DNA of 64,000 nt from an uncultured Planctomycetota bacterium. GTDB lineage: Bacteria > Planctomycetota > Planctomycetia > Isosphaerales > Isosphaeraceae. Shown in pieces: positions 8,893 to 18,087 of the stretch. The position numbers and the translations under genes are program-made. Below the pieces are notes generated by a model. The model was not told the DNA's origin. It searched no databases and was given only the letters and a program-made list of their open reading frames with translations. Numbering within the stretch: position 1 is the stretch's first letter; every line of letters begins with the position of its first letter. The stretch spans positions 544,001 to 608,000 of the forward strand of contig CAWGMQ010000003.1 of assembly GCA_963823665.1 (NCBI GenBank), given 5' to 3'.

Positions 8893-9882
8893 TCAAAAGC
8901 GCACCGAGAACCCCGCCCCGGTGAACAGCTCACCCGGATTGCCATTGAGTCCGAACCCCACGCGGAGATCAAGCTGCATGTTCGGCGTAAGCTGGTAAAG
9001 CACACCCCCGTCCATGTAGTTCAGAGTCGGGTTGTCGCCCGTCAGCAGGATGTACCACTCGTAGAACAGCGTCGTTCGTTGCCCCAGTGAGTAGAAACCA
9101 ACGAGCGATTGGTGGTATCGCTCGAAAACGTCGCTGCGGCGCGCGGGCCGTAGAGCGAAATGCTCGCGCCTTCCCAGATAACCCGTGCTGCCGGAGATGG
9201 TGAGCTTCTCGGTGGCTTTCCAGCCGTAGATCAGATTGATGTACGGATCGACCGTTTCGGACGAAAATGGCGACGTTCCGCCGGTTGGCGCGAAGATCGA
9301 GGTGATCAACGCGGTCGTCGGGATCCATCTCTTATCCTTGTTCTCTTCGAGGAGCTGCCACTTGAACCCGATTTCCATGTCGCTCGGTCCGTTCAACTGC
9401 TTCCATGGTCCGCCTGGCCTGGACTGCGTCTGCGAGTAAGTCTGGCCGAACCAGAACGTGCGGAACTCGACTCGCTTCGCCAGTCCGAAACGCATCGCCA
9501 GCTCGGGAAAGTCATATGCGGTGGTCCGAGAACTCGCCGCCTGCTGATAGTCGAAGGTAAAACCCGATTCGAACTGAAGCCGGCCGGGGGGCACGACCGT
9601 GTTGGCCGGCGTGAACGTGGGGCGATCGGTGTTGATCGGGCCGTCGGGGTCTTCTTCCTGGGAAAAAATCGACCAGAAACGGTCGAAGACCCCCGAGCGG
9701 AAGGTCATTCCTTCGTCGTCGAACTCCGGCGATTCCCGTTCGGACACCACAGCCTCGGGGAATGCGTCTTCACCCACGGCGGAACTGCCCGAGGTCAGCG
9801 AGCCCACGCCCTGGCCGCGGGCACCGGATCCGGATGCCAGCACGATCGCCAAGGCAATTCCGACCAGGCCGCTCCTCAACAT
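8893..9882 (-). CDS. Putative outer-membrane beta-barrel transporter (MetA-pathway phenol degradation-like family)
   Basis: Signal peptide, INTDRPTFT...VVPPGRLQFESGF motif, alternating beta-strands, and C-terminal QLDLRVGFGL...GAGFSVRF ending in Phe. Confidence 0.85.
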   Translation of the reverse strand: MLRSGLVGIALAIVLASGSGARGQGVGSLTSGSSAVGEDAFPEAVVSERESPEFDDEGMTFRSGVFDRFWSIFSQEEDPDGPINTDRPTFTPANTVVPPGRLQFESGFTFDYQQAASSRTTAYDFPELAMRFGLAKRVEFRTFWFGQTYSQTQSRPGGPWKQLNGPSDMEIGFKWQLLEENKDKRWIPTTALITSIFAPTGGTSPFSSETVDPYINLIYGWKATEKLTISGSTGYLGRREHFALRPARRSDVFERYHQSLVGFYSLGQRTTLFYEWYILLTGDNPTLNYMDGGVLYQLTPNMQLDLRVGFGLNGNPGELFTGAGFSVRF

Positions 9883-10066
9883 CCACGCGCTGCTTTCGTT
9901 TAGTGATCGGTCTGAATTCGAACAAGTGGGCACCCCGGAGACGCGCTGTCCGGCTGGTCCCTCTGTCGGCTACGGCGCCCATGAACTTGACGAAATCGCC
10001 CGGTGGCAAGGCGGGGAATCGTCGGTCGGAGTGGTCCAAAATCGCGGGCCTCACAGCGCCCAGGCG

Positions 10067-10523
10067 TCAGCCCGGAGCGCGGGGAACGACCAGGACCGCC
10101 ACTTGTTCCATCACAACTTCGTCGTTCTGATTGAGAGTCTGACTCTTGAAACGCACGATTCCCCTGGAGGGATCGGAACGCGACACGCGAGCCTCAAGCA
10201 CTTCGCCTTCAACGCGAATGCGATCGCCGGGACGCACGGGCGCGGCCAGCGGATCGACTCGACGCCGACGCCGACCAGCCCGCCCGCGACCCTGAAATCA
10301 CTGTCGACGAGCAACCGCATGGACATCGCCAGGGTGTGCCAGCCGCTCGCCACCAGCCCACCCCAGAGGCTCGACGTTGCAGCAGCCTCATCGAGATGGA
10401 ACGGCTGCGGGTCAAATTCCGCGGCGAACGCCTTGATTCGCTCCAGATCCACAGTCAACGACCCCGAGTGGTACTTGTGCCCCACTTCCAGGTCGTCGAA
10501 AAAAGCGGCGCACCCGGCGTCAT
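10067..10523 (-). CDS. MaoC-family dehydratase; two single-base frameshifts (~10500, ~10239)
   Basis: Reconstructs as MTPGAPLFFDDLEVG...FAAEFDPQPFHLDEAAA...GGLVASGWHT...IRWPRPVRPGDRIRVEGEV...NQNDEVV...PRAPG* by restoring one base in a T run and one in a C run. Confidence 0.9.
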
Positions 10524-11223
10524 CACGTCCCCTCTCGCTGAACCAATATCGCGAACCGCGATCCTAACCGGCCGATCCTCCGCCGGTCCAGTCGCGATCA
10601 GCTCCTGAAACTGGTTCCGTCATCATGCAACGAACACCGGGTGCCCGTGCGCGGCGCTGTAATGCTTACAATATGCGCACTCGCCTGAAGTCAATGACCG
10701 CTACCATGCAGTTCCGCCATGTAATTTGGTCGGAACAGATGCAACGCGCTGGCCGAGCGCGAGTCGATGCGGTATTTCAAGGGATGGAGGAGCGGTGGGG
10801 GCCAACTACCGGCGTGCGGGAGGGATTGATTCTGACGTTGCAAATCGCACACGGCGTCGTGCGGGTCTATGCTGGCATCCGCTTTGCGATGTAAAATACA
10901 TCAGGTGACCTAGATATCCCCGTGTTCTTTCCTGCGGAGAGGGCCATGAGCGCCAAGAAGCGTCGGAAGGTTTACGGTGTGCGCCGGGAAACACGTCGGC
11001 CGCGAGGATGGACTCGCTGGTTTCACGAAGGACTGCTGGACATCGATGTCGCGGGCAGCATTCGTCTGCGTTCTGTCCTGTGGGAACAGAAGTAGCTGAA
11101 GATCGTCCACGATCCCCGGACCGTACAGGGAACGCTTGCGAGTACGCGTCACGCTCGCTTGCCAGCGTCGTGATGTAGTACCGGTCTCAGGGCAATCGGA
11201 GCGCGCCTGCCGGCAGCGTTCGC

Positions 11224-13076
11224 TTATTCTGCGGCGCTGCGGAGCTCGGCTAGCTCAAGTGCGCGCGTGGTCGATCTGCGGGCTTCGGCGGAGTCGATCG
11301 GCTCGACGAGCAGGGCCGCGAACTCTCGCAGCGTTTCGATCAAGGCCAGGCGAAGCGTGTAGCGCTTGGGAAAGCGGACAACCAGTTTCTCATAGATCCG
11401 GATCGCGCGACGAAAGTCGTCCCGGCCTCGTGCGTCGTCAAGAATCAAGCGAGACCGCCCGGCGCGTCGGAGCGCCTGAGCGACGAGCGCGAGCAATTCA
11501 TCGTCTTCAGCGTGAGCTCTCGACGCGGCCTGAGAGAATGCGACCGGATGGAGAACGGCGCGGGGCGTGCCTGTGTACAGTGGAATTTCGGAGGCGTTCA
11601 GCCGGCTTTCTATGGCCGCGAGCGTGATCTGGTCGATCGCGCCCAAGGCGTTGTCGAGCGCCGTGCGCTCCTGCATTTCCAGGTGGCGAAGCTCGTCCAG
11701 GTTTGCGGTGGAGCGGCGATTCTCGTAACAGAGGATGGCCATGCTTCCCACGAGTGAAAGCAACAAAACGCTGGCCGCCGCGATCACGGCGGGGCGATGT
11801 CGGCTCGACAATCTCACCGACCGGTGCCATAAGCTCGGTCGCCGCGCGCGCACGGGCTGATCGGCGAGGAACCGCCGCAGGTCAGCGGCGAGCTCCCGGG
11901 CCGAGGCGTATCGCGCAGACGGATCTTTTGCGATCGCCTTCATCACCACGGTTTCCAGGTCGCGGGCGATCGACTTGTTCAACCGCCGCAGCGGTGCTGG
12001 CTCTTGCTGGAGAATGCGAGCGCGCAGCTCTTCGGTGCTGGGCGCGGCATGAGCTGGATGCAGCGTCAAGAGCTCATAAAGCGTGACTCCCAGGGCGTAG
12101 ATATCCGTGCGTGCGTCGGTCGAGCCGCGGCTTCCACCGAGCTGCTCCGGGCTCAAGTAACGCAGTGTCGCGGCGTGTCGGTCGCTCTCGATCAGCTCGT
12201 TCTTCTCTCGCGGCAGTCGCGCCAGCCCGAAGTCGGTCACCCAGAGGCGGCCGCGGCCATCGATCAGCAAATTGGAGGGCTTGATGCCGCGATGGACGAC
12301 TCCGAACTGATGCGCGTGCTCGAGTGCGTCGGCGGCCTGAACGGCCCACCTTACGGCTCGGTGGCAGAACGGCCGGACCGCGCTCGACGACCGTGCCGCG
12401 GCCGACACGCGCCAGGCGCTGCCCACGACCGGCAGCGCGAGTTCGGGCAAATCGATCCGGGCGGCATCATGATCCTCGGCGGCCCGGGTGGTCTTCAGCT
12501 CCCGCAGCACGTCCGAGAGCGGACGTCCGTCGATGAACTGCATCACAGAGTAATGGACGCCCGCATCGAAGCCCGTGCCGAAGATCGGGACAATGTGCTC
12601 GTGCCGCAGGAACCCGGCCGCCTGCGCCTCCGCCTGAAAGCGATGGCGCCGGCGCGAATCGGGCGATGCACCGGTGGGAAGCACCTTGAGGGCCACTCTT
12701 CGACCACCAGAGCCCTGCTCTGCCTCGAATACAACACCACCCATGCCGCCGCGGCCAATCTCTCGGATCAAGCGAAACTCACCCAACTGCGCGGCGCCGA
12801 GAGGTCTGCGCCGGATACCCCGGTCGCCGCTCGCAGCGCAAAGTGGCTCGCCGCATCCTCGACCAGCTCGAGACCATCGAGGCACTCGCCGAGTGCCTCT
12901 GCGATGGCGGGATGACGCGCCAGGTATTCGCTCCGCGGCGGCAGTCGGCCCGCTCGCTTCAACCTCGCGTATTCCTCGAGTGCGAGCGTGATCTGCTCGT
13001 CTTCGGACGGCTCCAGCTCTTGATCCGATTCATAAGAAAGCCTTTCTCCGGACGACCCAGATTCCTGGGACATCAT
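11224..13076 (-). CDS. Hanks-type Ser/Thr protein kinase with TM segment and helical C-terminus; frameshift near 12800
   Basis: Planctomycete kinase N-terminus (LEEY...EYLARHPAIAEALGECL), then LGEFRLIREIGRGGMG, VALKVL, HRGIKPSN, DFGLA, TLRYLSPEQ and DIYALGVTLYELLT. Confidence 0.9.
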
Positions 13077-13300
13077 CACGGATTCCCCCCGATGCATTTC
13101 GCGATGAGTCGCTGTCCCCGATGTTCTATTCCCTGATAGTCACCAAAGTCGGCCGAAAGGCATCGCGCAACACGCCGGAATCTGGCCCAGCGGCCGTTCG
13201 CACTTGCCGGAATCGGCGCAAAGTGTTATCTCGGTGGGGGAAACAGTGAAGGCGCTGAGCCGACGCGCGGATGCCGGCGAACTCGAGCGGTTGGTGAGAA

Positions 13301-14934
13301 ATGGCCAGCGAGCGCAGGAAAGAACCGTCGCAGGGACTTGTCCGGGTGCGCTGCGTGGGCGTGCTTGCCTGGATGGTGGCCGTTCTCATGGGCACGGTAC
13401 GGATCAACGCGCGTGCCGGTGAGCCCGGCCAGGATCCGGGGGATCTGTTGGTCGTGCAACTGGTGCATCCCGAGGGGCAGGCGGAGGCTGTGCTGAAGCT
13501 CTTCCGGAGCGCTCGGGTGAGGCACCCCGCCGCGGCACTTGCCGCCTGGAAAGCGGCGGCCCGGCCACCGCGTGAGCTGGGCAAGCCGCTCGAGGCATTG
13601 ATCGCGTGCTTCAATCCCGAGATGTCGGGCGAATGGCGAGTGATGGATGGTGCGCGGCTCGCTGTGAACCTGGACCCGGCCAGCGGCCGCCCAGCCTGGC
13701 ATGCCCTCGTGCCGCGAGATGACGGAACGATCACGGCGGCCGTAGCGGCGATGCGGCTCTCGGACGGCGCGTCCGAAGCCCCGGTCGATTTCGCGGGCAA
13801 TCGAATCGCGGTGGAGCGGCTGGGACGGCCCGGAGCGGCCCTGGCTGCTCGTGCGGGCGATACCTTGATCTTCGGCAGCTCTCGCGACGAGCTGGTCCGC
13901 GCCGCGCGGAACCTGGCAGACGGCAAGGTCGGTGCATCAGGCGCGCCGGGCGCCCGGGAAAGCCGCTTCGATCTGGCGCGAGCTTTGTGCTCGATGCGAA
14001 CCGCCTTGCGAGCGAGCCGGCGACAACGACGACGACGCGGGCCATCGCCGAGTTGCTTCGCGGGCTTTCGTGCCGCCAGGTGGAAGGAAGCCTGGCACTG
14101 GAGGGCGACGCCCTCGGACTCGACTTTTCGATGCTGCTGCGACCGGAGGCCGGCCTCGGCTCGGCGTTGTGGAAGGGTTCTGCTCCGATCGATCCGGCCT
14201 GGCTCGAGCACGTGCCTGCCTCGCGCGCCATGGCCGTGATCTCGCTGGCCTTCCGCCCAACCCGGGAATTCTGGGACTCGGCCTTCGCGCTGGCCGATCG
14301 AGTGGAGAAAACCGATCCCGCCCGGGCCGAGACAGCCCCGTTGCGGGCGCGACTCAATTTGATGGCACGAACGGCCGGCGTTCGCCTGGAGGCCGACGTC
14401 TGGCCGCACCTCCGGGGGCTGACGGTGGGCCTCTTCGGTGAGCCCGGCCGACCGGGTCGACCGAACGGAGTGCTGGTCGCCCTGCACCTCGATTCCGAGG
14501 CGTCCGCCCAGCGGCTGATTTCGCGATCGGGTGCTGGGCTCACGAAGCTGGTTGGCCGCGAACTGACTGCCTGGCGCGCCGGAGGAGACGTACTGGTCGC
14601 GTGGGGGAACGGCGTCGCCACGGCCGCACGCGACGCAGCGGCCAACCGCGAGCGCTCGGTCGCACCACTTTGCACGAACTGGTCGCGAGCAAGCAAACCG
14701 GCGCCTCATCGCCTCGTTGCCGTCTGGCCGGCACGCTGCTGGCCGCTCGAGCAAAAACAAAAACCGATCGCGGCGGCCGCGGCGTGGTCCGTGCTCGCCG
14801 AAGACCCCCCTGCCCTCTGGCTGGGCTGGAACGAGGAGACCAAAGGAATTGATACGATCCGATGGGCGGGCCTCGACCGGCGCGTCGAGCGATTTCTCGA
14901 TCAGATTCCGCTGGAACAGGTTTCCGCTCGGTAA
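13301..14934 (+). CDS. Exported hypothetical protein; frameshift near 13972
   Basis: Signal-peptide-like N-terminus. The 312 aa and 315 aa ORFs join on restoring one T (RFD-SGASFVLDAN). No family recognised. Confidence 0.65.
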
Positions 14935-15206
14935 GACAGGGGTTCAGCCAATACCGCAACGTCCGACCGCCCGGCACATCCCAGAACGCACCTCGCTTTC
15001 CCTCAAGACCGCCAATCCGCTCAGTTCGAACCCGATTATCTTTGCTACATGCGAAAATCCGATGTAGAATACCCATTATTCCCAGTTTGGCAACTCCGAG
15101 GGCGGGCAGATTCGATCTCGTGTCCGAACGCCGCGGGAGTGCCTCGCCGTTCGCCGAAGCGGTATCACCGCGCCGGGTGTCGCCACATCGATGGTCCGAG
15201 CACAAC

Positions 15207-16859
15207 ATGTTTTCTGGAACGCTGTTGCGTCCATTGGCCAACCTCACTCGTCGTCTCGGGCGCAGGGTCAATCGTGGCCAGGCGACGAAGTCCCGGCCGA
15301 TGGGCGAGTGCCTCGAGTGCAGGTCGTTGCTTTCGAACGTGGTTGGTTGGAATGGGGGAAGCGGAGGCACGCAGAACTCGGCGATCACGCCCGCGAATAT
15401 CTCGCAATTGACGCAAAAGTACACGGACGTCGTCGACGGTGCCATCGTGGCCGAGCCCCTCGTTGCCTCGGTCGACATCACGGTCGGCCCCAACCAGGGA
15501 ACTCAGTCGGTGGTCTTCGTGGCGACGCAGCGCGACAGTCTTTACGCCTTCAATCTGAACTCGGGCGAGCTCGACTGGCACACCAGTTTTCTCATTCCGG
15601 GCCAGACAACGCTCACGTCGTCCGAACTGGACTTCGGGGGTAGCGGGATCATCGGCACACCGGCGATCGATTCTGCCGCGAACACGATGTACCTGGTCTC
15701 CTCGGAGAGTTACGGCGCCGGCAACGTCGTTCATTACATCAAGACTCTGCACGCGATCGATATGAGCGATGGAATGGAACGATCGGGGAGCCCGGTCGTG
15801 ATCGCCGATACGGGGTACGTTGGCACCACGGAGGTCAGCTTTGCGGGACCGAGCGTCCGTGGTACCGGCGCGGGCAGCGTGCGAGGGCGAGTGCAATTCG
15901 ATGTGCTGCGTCAGATGCAACGCCCTGGCCTGACGATTGACGGCAACAACCTGGTGATCGCCTTTGGATCGGCGGTGGGTGTAACGCCTTACTACCACGG
16001 CTGGCTCCTGGCGTACAACATGAACTCGCTCCAGCCAACCGGCGTTTTCAACGACACGCCGAACGGGCACAACGGCGGTATCTGGAATGACGGCAACCCG
16101 ATCCAGGTCGACTCCCAGGGTTATCTGTATACGGCAACAGGGAACGGCACGTTTGACGCGGCCCTGAACTCCAAGGGGTTCCCCAGCCGCGGCGACTTCG
16201 GAGATTCTGTGCTCAAGCTGGCGATCGATCCCGGGTACACAGGGCCAAACGGTTTCGGAATCCGTGTGGTCGATTACTTCACGCCTCGCAATCAAGCCAC
16301 GCTGGATAAGTATGATGAGGACCTGGCGTCATCGGGCGTGCTGCTGCTCCCCGATGGCGCGGGCGGGCCGAGGCATCCCAACCTGTTGCTCGCCTCCGGC
16401 AAACAGGGAACTCTTTACGTCATCAACCGGAACAATATGGGTCATTTTCACCCCTATTCCAACAAGGTATTCGAGGAGCTTCCCGGGGCTATTACCTCAT
16501 CCTTCGATACACCAGCGTATGACCTCGGCACGGTGTACTACGCCGGGGCCGGGGATGTCCTCAGGTCGTTCGCCGTTGTTAACGGACGATTGGTACCGAC
16601 CGGCCAGGGACCGAATACGTTTGGGCTGCACGGCGCGAGTCCGGTGGTTTCGTCCGATGGAACGGAGAACGGCATCGTCTGGGTGATTTCGAGCTCGAAA
16701 ACGTTGTTCGCTTACAATGCCACGAACGTGAGCACCGATTTGTGGTCTGCGAGTCTTCCCGGATATTCCACGTTTGCGATTCCCGATGTGACGAGCGACG
16801 GACATGTCCTGGTCGGTGCGGGAAATGTGTTGGTGGCGTTCGGATTGGGTGGGTCGTGA
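15207..16859 (+). CDS. Secreted PQQ-like beta-propeller protein with planctomycete LEPRxLL-type leader
   Basis: Leader ECLECRSLLS; VDGAIVAEPL, GIIGTPAID, QMQRPGL, YHGWLLAY, GGIWNDG, GDFGDSVLKL, DYFTPRNQ...DEDLASSG and GASPVVSSDG..NGIVW motifs. Confidence 0.8.
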   Translation: MFSGTLLRPLANLTRRLGRRVNRGQATKSRPMGECLECRSLLSNVVGWNGGSGGTQNSAITPANISQLTQKYTDVVDGAIVAEPLVASVDITVGPNQGTQSVVFVATQRDSLYAFNLNSGELDWHTSFLIPGQTTLTSSELDFGGSGIIGTPAIDSAANTMYLVSSESYGAGNVVHYIKTLHAIDMSDGMERSGSPVVIADTGYVGTTEVSFAGPSVRGTGAGSVRGRVQFDVLRQMQRPGLTIDGNNLVIAFGSAVGVTPYYHGWLLAYNMNSLQPTGVFNDTPNGHNGGIWNDGNPIQVDSQGYLYTATGNGTFDAALNSKGFPSRGDFGDSVLKLAIDPGYTGPNGFGIRVVDYFTPRNQATLDKYDEDLASSGVLLLPDGAGGPRHPNLLLASGKQGTLYVINRNNMGHFHPYSNKVFEELPGAITSSFDTPAYDLGTVYYAGAGDVLRSFAVVNGRLVPTGQGPNTFGLHGASPVVSSDGTENGIVWVISSSKTLFAYNATNVSTDLWSASLPGYSTFAIPDVTSDGHVLVGAGNVLVAFGLGGS

Positions 16860-16864
16860 GCAGA

Positions 16865-17082
16865 GGGAACCACGAAACACACGAAACACACGAAAGTTAA
16901 AGAAAATCAACATACGACGATCCGTTCCACTTTCCGTTTATAGACAAGCCGAACCTTTATCCGGCGGCGTTCAACGCATTGTGAAACTGTGCGTGGTAGC
17001 GCCGCGAACGCCACGCCTTGACCGTTCTGACGTCGACGTGCTTTCCTCTTTTTTCGTGTGTTTCGTGTGTTTCGTGGTTCCC
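16865..17082. repeat. Perfect 31-bp inverted repeat of the three-box family enclosing a 156-bp spacer (MITE/REPIN-like)
   Basis: gggaaccacgaaacacacgaaacacacgaaa (16865-16895) is the exact reverse complement of 17052-17082. Confidence 0.95.
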
Positions 17083-17130
17083 GCTCTTCCACCCACCGAA
17101 CACGATTCACATGAAACAGCCAGACGAGGA

Positions 17131-17504
17131 TCAGACGACGATTCGTTCGTATTCGAGCTTCGGGTGGTGACCGAAGTTCACGAGCAAGCCCAGCCAGTAG
17201 CCCGTCGCCTTCAAATAATTGTGGACCTGGGCGCGGTGGACATCGTCGAACTCCTTGACTGCTTTGAGTTCCACCACAATCTTCTCCCAGCAGACGAAAT
17301 CGGGTTCGTACACCTGCTTCAGAAGCCGGCTCTTATAAGCAACTTCAATTTGGATTGAGCCTGGAACGGTATGTCCTGTAGTCCCAGTTCGATCTCAATA
17401 CACTCTTGATACACCGGTTCCAGGAATCCGCTTCCCATCTCCTTGTAGACCTCGAAGCACGCCCCGATGATGCGATCGCTTTCATCTGGGTAGATGAGTG
17501 CCAC
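17131..17504 (-). CDS. GxxExxY protein (PD-(D/E)XK nuclease superfamily); frameshift near 17340
   Basis: IIGACFEVYKEMGSGFLEPVYQE (GxxExxY), then PDFVC...IVVELKAV...HRAQVHNYLKATG..LGLLVNFG. The two short ORFs join on restoring one base. Confidence 0.92.
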
Positions 17505-17564
17505 TTTGAACTCTCCCCTTTCGTGTGTTTCGTGGTTCCTCGCCGAATCCCTGCACGACGGGCT

Positions 17565-18074
17565 TCAGGCCTCACGCGCGCCGTGCACGTTATTCAGGAA
17601 CCTGCATCGATTCATCGACTGCCAAACTGTAACAAAGAAGGGCACCGTTGTGGCGATCAATCCGGCCGCGAGGAACATTCGCACCTGGCGCCGGATTTCA
17701 TCCCACGAGCGATGGGCGCCGTCCCCTTCACCTGTTATGGCCATGTAAACGATCCACAACATCGCCCAGACGCCGATTGAAAAAGTGAGCCACGCGACAC
17801 GATCGGAGAGCTTGGCCGTCGAGAGTCTCGTGGCGATTCGAATCCGCCATCCGGTTGTCGCGTCGATCGTCCACAGAATGAAGATCAACATGCACCCCAG
17901 TGTGCCTCCAGAGGCGATCACCAGTGAGAGCCAGATGGTGAATGCCGCACAGCGACCAGTCAGCGAGACGTGATCGGATTTGCGAAAGAGCCGGGGACCG
18001 GCGCGGGGCATGTCGTTCTCGAAGAAGCCGAAGCGCCTCAACGGGGAATCTCGTGGACTGCCAGTTCGCCGCAT
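17565..18074 (-). CDS. Possible small membrane protein (start uncertain)
   Basis: Three hydrophobic segments in the 169 aa ORF; co-oriented with its neighbours; no family recognised. Confidence 0.35.
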   Translation of the reverse strand: MRRTGSPRDSPLRRFGFFENDMPRAGPRLFRKSDHVSLTGRCAAFTIWLSLVIASGGTLGCMLIFILWTIDATTGWRIRIATRLSTAKLSDRVAWLTFSIGVWAMLWIVYMAITGEGDGAHRSWDEIRRQVRMFLAAGLIATTVPFFVTVWQSMNRCRFLNNVHGAREA

Positions 18075-18087
18075 CGGCCGATCGTCC

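Noticed and set aside
10570..11220. ~650-bp gap between the MaoC and kinase genes as an ncRNA or small gene
   Set aside because: No convincing ORF, RBS, strong hairpin or known RNA motif could be recognised by eye.
13126..14760. 544-aa and 321-aa minus-strand ORFs
   Set aside because: Arg/Pro/Ala-rich shadow frames; the plus-strand frameshifted gene has the signal peptide and more natural composition.
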